DNA of 64,000 nt from an uncultured Acidimicrobiia bacterium (GTDB lineage Bacteria; Acidobacteriota; Vicinamibacteria; Vicinamibacterales; UBA2999). Shown one piece after another: positions 22,272-31,612 of the stretch (positions are counted from its first letter, which is position 1; every line of letters starts with the position of its first letter). Below the pieces are notes generated by a model. That model ran no database searches, was not told the DNA's origin, and was given only the letters and a program-made list of their open reading frames with translations. The position numbers and the translations under genes were made by a program. The DNA is taken from assembly GCA_963795125.1 (NCBI GenBank), contig CAWCGQ010000001.1, forward strand, positions 1,623,024-1,687,023. The letters are read 5' to 3'.

Positions 22272-23701
22272 GGCGCCACAACCGCCTGCTGGTCGCGTTC
22301 CACGTCGCCACCGACGCCGTGCTCGGCATGGTCGCCTTCGTCTTGGCCTACCTGCTGCGCTTCGAGACCGGCCTCATCAGCATCACGCGCGGTCATCCGC
22401 CGGTCGAGCAGTACCTCAACGTGCTGCCGTTTGTCGCGTTGATCGTGCCGCTCGGGTTTTATTTCCAGGGCCTGTATCGGCTGCGCCGCGGGCGCTCGCG
22501 CATCGACGACTTCTTCAACGTCCTGGTCGGCAGCATCTTCGCGGTGGTGCTCGGCGTGGTGGCGACGCTGTATTTCCAGGCCTACTACGCGACCGACGCC
22601 CAGCGTGATGTCGGCGCCTACGAAGTCTCGCGCATCGTCTGGGGCATCTTCCTGGTCGTCAACATCGCGCTGGGCTATCTGTCGCGCAAGTTCATCCGCG
22701 AAGCGCTGGAACGGCGCTGGCTGGCGGGCATCGGCCTGCGCCGGATCCTGATCGCCGGCGCCGGAGACCTCGGCCGCGTCGTCGCCGATCGCATTCTCGA
22801 ACATCGCGAGCTCGGCTACCAGATCGTCGGCTTCGTCGACGACAAGGCCGGCGGCGATCACCTGGGCTATCGTGGCTTGCCGCTGCTCGGCTCGTTGAGC
22901 GACGCCGCCGAGATCGTCAACAACGAGAAGATCGACGATCTCTACGTGGCGCTGCCGCTCGAAGAGCACATGAAGCTGCTCGACCTGGTGGAATCGACCA
23001 GCCGCGAGGGCGTCGACGTCAAGGTGGTGCCGGACCTGCTGCAGTTCATCGCGCTGCGCGCGCGCCTCGAGGATCTCGACGGCGTGCCGGTGATCAACCT
23101 CAACGACGTGCCGCTGCAGGGCCTCAGCGCCTTCATCAAGCGGGTGCTGGACGTCGGGATTTCGTTCGCGGCGCTGGCCGTCATGGCGCTGCCCGGCCTG
23201 CTGATCAGCTGGATGATCAAGCGCAGTTCGCCAGGGCCGATCTTCTACTCGCAGGAGCGGATGGGCCTCGACGGCAAGCAGTTCACCGTCTACAAATTCC
23301 GGACCATGCCGATCGACGCCGAGAACGACACCGGCCCGATCTGGGCGGATGAAGAGGACAACCGCGCCACCCGCATCGGCGCGTTCCTGCGGCGGCGCGA
23401 CCTGGATGAATGGCCGCAGTTCTGGAACGTGCTGGTCGGCGAGATGTCGATTGTCGGCCCGCGGCCGGAACGGCCGTTCTTCGTCGAACAGTTCAAGCAT
23501 CGCATCCCGCAGTACATGCTGCGCCACAAGGTGAAGGCCGGCATCACCGGCTGGGCGCAGGTCAACGGCTGGCGCGGCAACACCTCGCTCGAGAAACGCA
23601 TCGAATACGACTTGTATTACATCGAGAACTGGTCCGTGACCCTCGACATCAAAATCATGTGGCTGACGCTGATTCGCGCCCTGGCGGCGAACCGCGCCTG
23701 A
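22265..23701 (+). CDS. Polyprenyl-phosphate glycosyl-1-phosphate (priming) transferase, WbaP/EPS sugar-transferase type
   Basis: N-terminal TM bundle plus a Rossmann-like linker ([10 protein letters not shown]). C-terminal bacterial sugar-transferase domain: [72 protein letters not shown]. Overlaps the upstream gene by 7 nt. Confidence 0.9.
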   Translation: MVRRHNRLLVAFHVATDAVLGMVAFVLAYLLRFETGLISITRGHPPVEQYLNVLPFVALIVPLGFYFQGLYRLRRGRSRIDDFFNVLVGSIFAVVLGVVATLYFQAYYATDAQRDVGAYEVSRIVWGIFLVVNIALGYLSRKFIREALERRWLAGIGLRRILIAGAGDLGRVVADRILEHRELGYQIVGFVDDKAGGDHLGYRGLPLLGSLSDAAEIVNNEKIDDLYVALPLEEHMKLLDLVESTSREGVDVKVVPDLLQFIALRARLEDLDGVPVINLNDVPLQGLSAFIKRVLDVGISFAALAVMALPGLLISWMIKRSSPGPIFYSQERMGLDGKQFTVYKFRTMPIDAENDTGPIWADEEDNRATRIGAFLRRRDLDEWPQFWNVLVGEMSIVGPRPERPFFVEQFKHRIPQYMLRHKVKAGITGWAQVNGWRGNTSLEKRIEYDLYYIENWSVTLDIKIMWLTLIRALAANRA

Positions 23702-23741
23702 GCCATCGTCCAACCATCGAACAGCCCGCACACGGACACCC

Positions 23742-24680
23742 ATGCCGCGCGTAGTCATTACCGGCGCTGCCGGATTCATCGGATCGCACCTTTCTGAAGC
23801 GCTGCTCGATCGCGGCTTCTCGGTGGTCGGCATCGACAACCTGCTGACCGGCGACCTGGCCAACATCGCGCACCTGCGCGACCGCGAGTTCGAGCTCATC
23901 CGGCACGACGTCACCAATTACATCGAGGTCGAAGGCCCGGTGGATTACGTGCTGCACTGGGCCAGCCCGGCCAGCCCGATCGATTACCTCGAGCTGCCGA
24001 TCCAGACCCTCAAGGTCGGCTCGCTCGGCACCCACAAGGCCCTCGGACTGGCGAAGGCCAAACAGGCGACCTTCGTGATCGCGTCGACGTCGGAGGTCTA
24101 CGGCGATCCGCTCGAGCATCCGCAGAAGGAAACCTATTGGGGGAACGTCAACCCGATCGGTCCGCGCGGCGTCTACGACGAAGCCAAGCGGTTTGCGGAA
24201 GCCATGACGGTGGCCTACCGCCGCTATCACTCGGTCGATGCCAAGATCGTCCGGATCTTCAACACCTACGGACCGCGCATGCGCATTCGCGACGGCCGCG
24301 CGGTGCCGGCGTTCATTTCCCAGGCGCTCGTCAACGAGGACGTCACGGTGTTCGGCGACGGCACGCAGACCCGCAGCTTCTGCTACATCACCGATCTCGT
24401 CGACGGCATCATCCGCCTGATGCTGTCGAAGCACAACGATCCGATCAACATCGGCAATCCGCAGGAGATGACGATCGAGCAGATCGCGCGGATGATCATC
24501 GAGATGACCGGCTCGAAGAGCCGGATTATCTACAAGCCGCTGCCGACCGACGATCCCAAGGTGCGCCAGCCCGACATCACCCGCGCCCGGACGCTGCTCG
24601 GCTGGGAGCCGACGGTGACGCTCGAGCAGGGGCTCGGGCGCACGATCGACTATTTCAAAGCCAAGGTGCTGGGCTCCTAG
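23742..24680 (+). CDS. UDP-glucuronate decarboxylase (UDP-xylose synthase), SDR family
   Basis: [14 protein letters not shown]; STSEVYGDP; catalytic YDEAKR; [29 protein letters not shown]. Confidence 0.85.
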   Translation: MPRVVITGAAGFIGSHLSEALLDRGFSVVGIDNLLTGDLANIAHLRDREFELIRHDVTNYIEVEGPVDYVLHWASPASPIDYLELPIQTLKVGSLGTHKALGLAKAKQATFVIASTSEVYGDPLEHPQKETYWGNVNPIGPRGVYDEAKRFAEAMTVAYRRYHSVDAKIVRIFNTYGPRMRIRDGRAVPAFISQALVNEDVTVFGDGTQTRSFCYITDLVDGIIRLMLSKHNDPINIGNPQEMTIEQIARMIIEMTGSKSRIIYKPLPTDDPKVRQPDITRARTLLGWEPTVTLEQGLGRTIDYFKAKVLGS

Positions 24681-25979
24681 TTGCCGTTTGCCACGCTCGG
24701 TCTCGGCACCAACCTGGCGCAGGCGCTGAAGGAAAAGGGTTACGTCGAGCCGACGCCGATCCAGGCAAAGGCCATCCCGGTGATCCTGGCCGGCCGTGAC
24801 GTCATTGGCGTGGCGCAGACCGGCACCGGCAAGACCGCCGCGTTCGTGCTGCCGGTCCTCGAGATGCTGTCGGCGGCCGCGGCCGATCGTCGCATGCGGG
24901 TGCTGGTGATCGCGCCGACCCGCGAACTGGTCGCGCAGATTGAGGAGAACGTGCGCGCCTACGGCAAGCACTTGCCGCTCAGCTACGCCACGATCTTCGG
25001 CGGCGTCGGCGAGGGCGCGCAGATCCAGGCGCTGCGCCGCGGCGTCGACCTGGTGGTGGCGACACCCGGCCGCCTGCTCGATCTCACCGAGCAGCGCCAC
25101 GTCGATTACTCGGCGCTGCAGGTGCTGGTGCTCGACGAAGCCGACCGCATGCTCGACATGGGCTTCCTGCCCGCCATCCGCCGCATCGTCGCCAAGACCC
25201 CAGCCGCGCGGCAAACGCTGCTCTTCTCGGCGACGATGTCGACCGAGATCGAGCGCATCGCCAAGGACGTCCTGCGCAACCCCGTGCGCGTGGAAGTCGG
25301 CGCGCGCTCGACGCCGGCGGAGGCGGTCACCCAGTACGTAGTGGAAGTGTCGCCGAGCGGCAAGACCGCGGCGCTCGTGCACCTGCTGACGGATGCGTCG
25401 CTGCAGTCGGTGCTGGTCTTTTCACGAACCAAGCACGGCGCGGATCGGATTGCGCGCAAGCTCGAAACCGCCGGCGTGCGCACCGCCACGCTGCACTCGA
25501 ACCGCACCCAGGGACAGCGCCTCGCCGCGCTCAAGCGGTTCAAGTCCGGGGACGTCCGCGTGCTGATCGCGACCGACATCGCGGCCCGCGGGATTGATGT
25601 CGACGGCATCTCGCACGTCATCAATTTCGACTTTCCGCCGCAGCCCGAGGACTACGTGCATCGCATCGGCCGCACCGGACGCAACCAGGCGATCGGCGAC
25701 GCGATCAGTTTCGTGACCCACGACGACGCCGACAGCCTCAAGAAGCTCGAGCGGTTTCTGGGCCGCGGCATCACGCGCAAGAAGCTCGAAGGTTACATTC
25801 CAGCGGCGCCGGGCCGGCCGGACAGCGCCCCGGCCCCGGTCGACCACGGCAACAGGCCGGGAGCGCCGAAGCGCGCCAAGGGTCCGTGGAAATCGAAGAC
25901 GCCGCGTTCCGGCAAGTTCGGACCGCCGCGATTGGGTCAGCGACACTCGGGCCCGCAAGGTCGGCGGGGACGCACCTAG
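24681..25979 (+). CDS. DEAD-box ATP-dependent RNA helicase (RhlE-like) with a basic C-terminal tail
   Basis: Q motif GYVEPTPIQ; AQTGTGKTAAF; PTRELV; VLDEADRMLDMGF; SAT; ATDIAARGIDV; HRIGRTGR. The TTG start directly follows the upstream TAG. Confidence 0.9.
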   Translation: MPFATLGLGTNLAQALKEKGYVEPTPIQAKAIPVILAGRDVIGVAQTGTGKTAAFVLPVLEMLSAAAADRRMRVLVIAPTRELVAQIEENVRAYGKHLPLSYATIFGGVGEGAQIQALRRGVDLVVATPGRLLDLTEQRHVDYSALQVLVLDEADRMLDMGFLPAIRRIVAKTPAARQTLLFSATMSTEIERIAKDVLRNPVRVEVGARSTPAEAVTQYVVEVSPSGKTAALVHLLTDASLQSVLVFSRTKHGADRIARKLETAGVRTATLHSNRTQGQRLAALKRFKSGDVRVLIATDIAARGIDVDGISHVINFDFPPQPEDYVHRIGRTGRNQAIGDAISFVTHDDADSLKKLERFLGRGITRKKLEGYIPAAPGRPDSAPAPVDHGNRPGAPKRAKGPWKSKTPRSGKFGPPRLGQRHSGPQGRRGRT

Positions 25980-26043
25980 CGCGTCCGGGCTGTCACCCCG
26001 ACCGCCGGCGCCGGCGATTGCGTTTCGCCAGTGAAGGATCGGG

Positions 26044-26810
26044 GTGCCGCCGCCTTCGCGAACATCAGCTGCACGTTGCCGAACCTCGGCAGACGTCGCG
26101 CGGCTCAACCAGCTCGCCGCGCTCGTCGAGCGGGGCCACGCGATCGGCCGGATCGCCACGCTATCAAATGCGGCGTTGCAGAAACTGCGGGAGACGGGGG
26201 CGCCGGCTGTCGAATCCGTCCACCCGGCAATCGACCTCGAACCGATTCGCGCCGCACTGCGAAGCTACGATTTGCCAGCGATCGACAACCTGTTCAACCG
26301 TCACGCAGTGTTGCTGCCGCCGGCCAACCTGATTTACTCGGTGGTCCTGCCGCTGTTGCGGGACCTCGGCGATCGTTGGGCGGCCGGTAACGCGCGTCCG
26401 GCGCAGGAACCCTCGTCTCGCGGTGATCCGCAACGTGCTTGGCGGACTCCTCCACACCCTGCCTCGCGCATCCCGAGCGCGGAAGATTGTCCTGGCCACG
26501 ACCGCCGGCGAGCGCCACGAATTGGGGCTGCTGTCTGGCGCGGTGCTGGCGGCCGCGAAGGGCGCCCACGTCGTCTATCTCGGACCTGATCTCCGCCGCG
26601 GAGATCGCGCGCCACATCCTGCTGTTGGCCATCACCAACCGTGTGCTTGCGCTCGACGACCTGCAACCCCTGTCACGGCTCCCGGACCGCGTCCACATCT
26701 GGGCGGGCGGACCGCTCGCAGCAGAGGCGCGCGCCGGTCTCGGCAGCCGCGTCCGGATCCTCGACCGTCTCGAGGATCTCGAAACGATGCTGGATCGCCA
26801 TGCCGCGTAA
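26044..26810 (+). CDS. CarH/LitR-like cobalamin-binding module. The MerR-type DNA-binding head is degenerate or absent. Three or four frame breaks.
   Basis: Wx9E(H): W 26377..26379, E 26407..26409, with the next codon broken by an indel. B12-binding ExHxxG: GERHELG, with H at 26515..26517. The upstream in-frame stretch AIAFRQ*RIGVPPPSRTSAARCRTSADVARL looks like a decayed MerR wing, with TGA at 26032..26034. Confidence 0.6.
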
Positions 26811-27309
26811 ACCTCTATATGATCGCTTGGTGAGCCTGCTCGCCGCCGGCGACCGCCCAACGACCGGCCTGCAGACACTGCGGATGGAGACGGTTGTGCC
26901 GGTTGGGATTGACGACGCGTTTACGTTCTTCGCTGACGCGTCGAATCTCGAACGGCTGACGCCGCCGTGGATCAACTTCGACATCCGCACGCCGCTGCCG
27001 ATCGCGATGCGCGAGGGCACGCTGATCGATTATCGGATCGTCCTCTACGGCCTGCCGATTCCCTGGCGCACCCGCATCGACACCTGGGAGCCGGGCGTCC
27101 GCTTTGTCGATCGGCAGATGGCGGGCCCGTATCGCTGGTGGCGGCATGAACATTCATTCGAGCCGCATCCTGATGGCACCCGGATCATCGACCGGGTCGA
27201 GTACGCCCCGCGGCTCGCGGCGTTGAGCGGCTGGCTGGTCCGGCGTGACGTCAACCGCATCTTCGCATTCCGGCAAAGCGCGCTGGCGTCGCTCCTGGCC
27301 GGGCACTGA
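26800..27309 (+). CDS. SRPBCC-superfamily protein (polyketide cyclase/dehydrase-like ligand-binding fold)
   Basis: FFADASNLERLTPPWINFDIRT..IDYRIVLYGLPIPWRTRIDTWEPGVRFVDRQMAGPYRWWRHEHSFEP. The start overlaps the upstream gene by 11 nt; METVVP.. is an alternative start. Confidence 0.7.
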   Translation: MPRKPLYDRLVSLLAAGDRPTTGLQTLRMETVVPVGIDDAFTFFADASNLERLTPPWINFDIRTPLPIAMREGTLIDYRIVLYGLPIPWRTRIDTWEPGVRFVDRQMAGPYRWWRHEHSFEPHPDGTRIIDRVEYAPRLAALSGWLVRRDVNRIFAFRQSALASLLAGH

Positions 27310-27310
27310 C

Positions 27311-28555
27311 ATGGCCGTGTCCCGCCGTACTGTAACGGCCGCCGCCGGTCTTGTCGTCGTCGTGATGCTTGGCGTGTGGCTGACGCGTGGCGCCGGCGAA
27401 GGCCCCGAAGTGACGACGACGAGCGTCGAGCGCGTCGCCTCACTGCAGTCGCTCGTCACCGCTTCCGGTGAAATTGTGGCGTCTCGCTACGCCGACATCG
27501 GCTCGAACGCAATGGGCCGGGTCGTGGCGCTGACCGTGGCCGAAGGCGATCAGGTGACCGCCGGCCAGGTGGTCGCGCAACTCGATCCGGTCCAGGCGGC
27601 CGCGGCCGCCGACGGCGCCGACGCCGCCGTCCGCGCGCTCGACAGCGATACCCAAGCCGCGGCGGCGCAGGTGCGAACGGCGCGAGCGATGTTGGACGAA
27701 GCGCGATCGCGCAACGTCGAGGCCGCGGCGGCGCTCGAACGCGGACGCCAGTTGCGCGAAGCCGGACTGCTGGCCGCCGCCGAATTCGATCGCCTGACGG
27801 CAACGGCCGCGGCCGGCCAAGCGCAAGAGGCATCGGCCAGAATCGCCGTCGAGACCAACGAGTTGTCGAGGACCTCCTCCCAACGCAGGGCCGATCAGGC
27901 GCGGGCAGAACGTGCGCGCGTGCGCGACCAGCTGTCGAAAACCACCATCACCGCGCCGATCGGCGGCACCGTGACGCGACTCGACGTCGAGCTTGGCGAG
28001 ATGGTGGTGATGGGCGTGCAGAATCAGCCAGGCACCACCCTGATGACGATTTCCGATTTGAGCACCATCAACGCGGAAGTCAAAGTGGCGGAGGCCGATG
28101 TGATGCGGCTGGTGGTCGGTCAGCCGGCCACGGTGGTCCTCGAGGCGCTCCCCGGCCAGCGGTTCCCCGGCCGGGTGATCGAGATCGGCGCCAGCGCCCT
28201 GCCGCAGATCGGCGCGCAGTCGGCGCGCGAATTCCGCGTCAAGGTCCGGCTCGATCGGTCCGACCTCCCGCTGCGGCCGGGCCTGACCTGTGACGCGGAG
28301 ATCGTCGCCGCGGATAAATCCAACGTCCTGGTGGTGCCGTTGCAATCGGTCATCGTTCGAAACGGCCAGCAGGGCGTCTTCGCGCCCGACGGCGATCGGG
28401 CGCGGTTCACTCCAATCGCCGCCGGAATCATCGGCGGTCTGCAAATCGAAGTCTCGGGCGTCGCGGAGGGCACCGAGATTGTGTCCGGGTCGATCCAGAC
28501 GCTGCGCGATCTCCAGGACGGCGCGCAGGTCCGCCGGGTGGCGGCGCGCCGCTAG
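27311..28555 (+). CDS. Periplasmic adaptor (membrane fusion protein), HlyD/MacA family
   Basis: N-terminal anchor LVVVVMLGVWL; lipoyl-like VAEGDQVTAGQVVAQLDP; long Ala-rich coiled coil; ITAPIGGTVTRLDVELGEMV; beta-barrel and MP domains. The ATG follows the SRPBCC stop after one intervening base. Confidence 0.9.
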   Translation: MAVSRRTVTAAAGLVVVVMLGVWLTRGAGEGPEVTTTSVERVASLQSLVTASGEIVASRYADIGSNAMGRVVALTVAEGDQVTAGQVVAQLDPVQAAAAADGADAAVRALDSDTQAAAAQVRTARAMLDEARSRNVEAAAALERGRQLREAGLLAAAEFDRLTATAAAGQAQEASARIAVETNELSRTSSQRRADQARAERARVRDQLSKTTITAPIGGTVTRLDVELGEMVVMGVQNQPGTTLMTISDLSTINAEVKVAEADVMRLVVGQPATVVLEALPGQRFPGRVIEIGASALPQIGAQSAREFRVKVRLDRSDLPLRPGLTCDAEIVAADKSNVLVVPLQSVIVRNGQQGVFAPDGDRARFTPIAAGIIGGLQIEVSGVAEGTEIVSGSIQTLRDLQDGAQVRRVAARR

Positions 28556-28561
28556 CCGCCG

Positions 28562-29785
28562 ATGCGTCAAGCCATCGTCCAGGCTGCGGGCACCGTGCGG
28601 GCGAACCGCTTGCGGTCGGCGCTGGGCGCGCTGGCGATCGCAGTCGCGGTGGCGACCATCATTTCCGTCAACACCACGCTCGACGGGATTCGCCGCTACG
28701 CCGAGCTGACCACCGCGCGAACGTTCGGCTCCGACACGTTCCTGATCGCGCAAGTCGCTTCACCCGGCCGAGTGTCGCGGCGGCAGCTTCGCGAACAACT
28801 CGAGCGCAACCCGCCGATCAGCCGACTCGATGCGGCACAGCTCGTCCGCCTGGCGGCCGGCCGGGCGATCTACGCGCCCTACGCCCAGACGCGGGCCGAC
28901 GTGGTGCGCGGCAACCGGCGGGTCGAAGCCGCGTCGGTCACGGGCACCGCGTCATCGCTCGCGGTGATCCGCGACCTCAACCTGGGTGACGGTCGCTTCC
29001 TTGCGGCGGACGAGGATGCCGGCGGCGCGCAAGTGGCCGTGATCGGTGCCGACATCGTTGATGGTCTGTTCAGTCCCGAGCAGGCGGTCGGCCAGGCGAT
29101 CCGCATCGCCGGCCGGCGCTTCACGGTGATCGGCGTGCAGGACCGGATCGGCACCGCGGGCAGCGGCTCGGTCGACCGGTATGTGTGGATTCCGCTGCGC
29201 GCGTTCGAACGGGCGCTCGGCGCGCCGCGCAGCCTGCAGGTATTCGCGACGGCCGCCGACGGCTGGGATACCAGCGAGGCCGAGGATCATGCGAGGATGT
29301 CGCTGCGCGCCGCACGCGCGCTTCGCCCGGGCAGCAGCGACAACTTCGACGTGCTCGCGCCGGACGCGGCACGCGGATTCGTCGCCAACCTGTCGACGCG
29401 CATTGGCGCCGCCGCGGGGCCGATCGCCCTGATGGCGCTGCTGGCGGCGATCGTCGTGGTCACCAACACCGTGCTGGTGTCGGTGACCCAGCGCACGCGC
29501 GAAATCGGGCTGCGGCGCGCGCTTGGCGCACCGCGCGCCCAGATGATGAAAGAGGTCTTCGCAGAATCGGTCATCCTGTCGCTGGTCGGCGGATTGACCG
29601 GCGCCGCGCTCGCCACGGGCGCGGCGATGGCGATCTCGACCGTGGCGCCGGTGCCGCTCGCCGTCGATCCGCGGGTGCTGCTGCTGGCGCTGGTCGCGGC
29701 GGCCGGCAGCGGCGCCGCCGCAGGATGGTATCCCGCGCGGCGGGCCACACGGCTCAACATCGTGGACGCCATGCGCAGCGAATGA
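28562..29785 (+). CDS. ABC-type efflux permease, MacB/FtsX family (MacB periplasmic domain plus FtsX 3-TM)
   Basis: ANRLRSALGALAIAVAVATII; VSVTQRTREIGLRRALGAPRAQM; C-terminal GWYPARRATRLNIVDAMRSE. Confidence 0.9.
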   Translation: MRQAIVQAAGTVRANRLRSALGALAIAVAVATIISVNTTLDGIRRYAELTTARTFGSDTFLIAQVASPGRVSRRQLREQLERNPPISRLDAAQLVRLAAGRAIYAPYAQTRADVVRGNRRVEAASVTGTASSLAVIRDLNLGDGRFLAADEDAGGAQVAVIGADIVDGLFSPEQAVGQAIRIAGRRFTVIGVQDRIGTAGSGSVDRYVWIPLRAFERALGAPRSLQVFATAADGWDTSEAEDHARMSLRAARALRPGSSDNFDVLAPDAARGFVANLSTRIGAAAGPIALMALLAAIVVVTNTVLVSVTQRTREIGLRRALGAPRAQMMKEVFAESVILSLVGGLTGAALATGAAMAISTVAPVPLAVDPRVLLLALVAAAGSGAAAGWYPARRATRLNIVDAMRSE

Positions 29786-31044
29786 ACCGGGACCGGTGGA
29801 CGGCGGAGCGCCAGGCGGGGCGGCTCGCGATGGAGTCGGTGCGGGCGCATCCGGCTCGCTCGGCGCTGGCGATGCTCGGCATCGTGATCGGCATCGTGAC
29901 GGTGGTGGTGGTCGCCTCGACGCTGGTCGGACTCAGGAACAGCATCGCGGTGCTGTTCCGCGAGCTCGGCACCGACAACATCTTCGCCTATCACCTCAAC
30001 GGCGAACCGTATTCGGCGCCGATCGAGCTCGACGCCGCGCGGCCACAGCTGCAGCCGGAAGACGCCGACACGCTGATGCGCCTCGGCGTCTCGATTCGCG
30101 ACGTCGGGCTCGAGTTGATCGTGCCGGTTGTCACCGCGACGCGGGTGGTGACCGCACGAGCGGGCGGCAACGAGTCCGACACGGTACTGATCGAGGGCGT
30201 GTCGCCGAACTTTCACGATGTGGTGGGCGCCGACTTCCAGGATGGCCGCCCGATCGCCGACAGCGAGTCACGCGCCTATGCGCAGGTGGCGGTGCTCGGC
30301 GCGAGCGTGGCGCGTGCCTTGTACGGTGACGCGACCTCGGTGGGACGCACGGTGCTGCTCGGCGGCGATCGCTACGAGGTGATCGGCGAGCTTGCGCCAC
30401 GCAAGGGAACGTTCTTCGGCGAGAACCGCAATGACAGCGTGATCGCGATTCCCGTCACGACGGCGCGGCGCAAGTTTCCTGACGCGCGCAATCTGGTGCT
30501 CTACATCCGCGCGCTGCCCGGCCAGCGCGAGCAGGCCCGCGAGGAAGCACGCGCCATCCTGCGGCTGGTTCGGCGGGTCCCAGCCGGAGCGGACGATAAT
30601 TTTTCAATGAATTCCGCCGACCAGATCATCGCGCAGTTCGATCGTATTGGCGCGCTGATCTTCCTCGCCACCATCGCCCTCGCCGCGGTGAGCCTCGCGA
30701 TCGGCGGCATCGGCATTGCGAACGTGATGATCATCAGCGTGACGGAACGGACGCGCGAAATTGGCGTCCGGCTCGCGGTTGGCGCGCGCCGACGCGACGT
30801 CAGGCAGCAGTTCCTGATCGAAGCGACGATTCTGAGCGGCGCCGGCGGCCTGCTCGGGGTCATGATCGCGGTCGCGATCGGCGCGGTCGTCTCGCTGGTC
30901 GCGCCGGGCTTTCCCGCGGCGCCACCGTGGTGGGCGGTCGCCGCCGGTCTCGCCATGTCGGCCAGCGTCGGCATTGTCGCCGGCTACCTCCCGGCGCGGC
31001 GCGCGGCCGCGCTGGATCCGGTCGAGGCGCTGCGGCACGAGTAA
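29782..31044 (+). CDS. Second ABC-type efflux permease, MacB/FtsX family
   Basis: HPARSALAMLGIVIGIVTVV; ISVTERTREIGVRLAVGARRRDV; GYLPARRAAALDPVEALRHE. ATGA overlap with the previous permease. No ATP-binding subunit is present in the cluster. Confidence 0.9.
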   Translation: MNRDRWTAERQAGRLAMESVRAHPARSALAMLGIVIGIVTVVVVASTLVGLRNSIAVLFRELGTDNIFAYHLNGEPYSAPIELDAARPQLQPEDADTLMRLGVSIRDVGLELIVPVVTATRVVTARAGGNESDTVLIEGVSPNFHDVVGADFQDGRPIADSESRAYAQVAVLGASVARALYGDATSVGRTVLLGGDRYEVIGELAPRKGTFFGENRNDSVIAIPVTTARRKFPDARNLVLYIRALPGQREQAREEARAILRLVRRVPAGADDNFSMNSADQIIAQFDRIGALIFLATIALAAVSLAIGGIGIANVMIISVTERTREIGVRLAVGARRRDVRQQFLIEATILSGAGGLLGVMIAVAIGAVVSLVAPGFPAAPPWWAVAAGLAMSASVGIVAGYLPARRAAALDPVEALRHE

Positions 31045-31054
31045 CGGCGGCGAT

Positions 31055-31612
31055 CTATTTGTTGATGATCCTGGCCATGCGCCAGACGTAGTCCACCCCC
31101 GACGCCAGCGTGACCACCAGCGACAGCCAGACCGCGACATCGACCCAGCGCGACTGGTAACCGAGGTAGTTGAACAGCATCACGACGATGCAGGCGACGA
31201 TGAAGATCGCGGTCGCGGCCTTGCCGAGCGGCGAGGGCGTAAAGGTGCGCGGCCCAACCGCCAGGTTGACAATCGCCACGGTCAGCACGATCCCGACGTC
31301 TCGGCTGATCACGATGATCGTCAGCCACAACGGGATGCGGTTGACGAGCCCGATGTTCGGCAGCGTCAGGACGATGAACGTCGTCACCAGCAGGAGCTTG
31401 TCCGCCGCCGGATCGAGCCACGCACCGAGCTCGCTCTTCTGCCCCGCGGCCCGCGCCGCCAGCCCGTCGAGCAGGTCGGTCAGCCCGGCGAAGGCAAACA
31501 CCGCGAGCGACCAGCCAAACTCTCCATAGAGCGTCAGGATCACGAACGCAGGGATCAGCAGCATGCGAAGCAGCGTGAGCTGGTTCGCAATGGTGAAGAC
31601 CTGCGCGGTCAC
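31055..31612 (-). CDS. pgsA: CDP-alcohol phosphatidyltransferase (PgsA-like)
   Basis: Motif DLLDGLAARAAGQKSELGAWLDPAADK, which fits Dx2DGx2ARx8Gx3Dx3D. GTGA overlap with the upstream gene. Confidence 0.8.
   Translation of the reverse strand: MTAQVFTIANQLTLLRMLLIPAFVILTLYGEFGWSLAVFAFAGLTDLLDGLAARAAGQKSELGAWLDPAADKLLLVTTFIVLTLPNIGLVNRIPLWLTIIVISRDVGIVLTVAIVNLAVGPRTFTPSPLGKAATAIFIVACIVVMLFNYLGYQSRWVDVAVWLSLVVTLASGVDYVWRMARIINK

Noticed and set aside
21947-25382. Very long antisense ORFs (656 aa at 21947..23917 and 575 aa at 23655..25382). Similar ones occur at 56314..58587 (757 aa), 38853..41150 (765 aa), 52107..53516 and 53782..54804.
   Set aside because: They lie opposite or out of frame to genes with unmistakable motifs. 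Their translations are Arg/Ala/Gly/Asp-rich low complexity with no recognisable domains. These are stop-poor shadow ORFs, as expected in high-GC DNA.
26032-26034. In-frame TGA as selenocysteine or programmed read-through in the CarH-like gene
   Set aside because: No SECIS-like hairpin is obvious downstream. The surrounding residues have also lost conserved MerR positions, and the neighbourhood is full of indel errors. Decay or sequence error is the simpler explanation.
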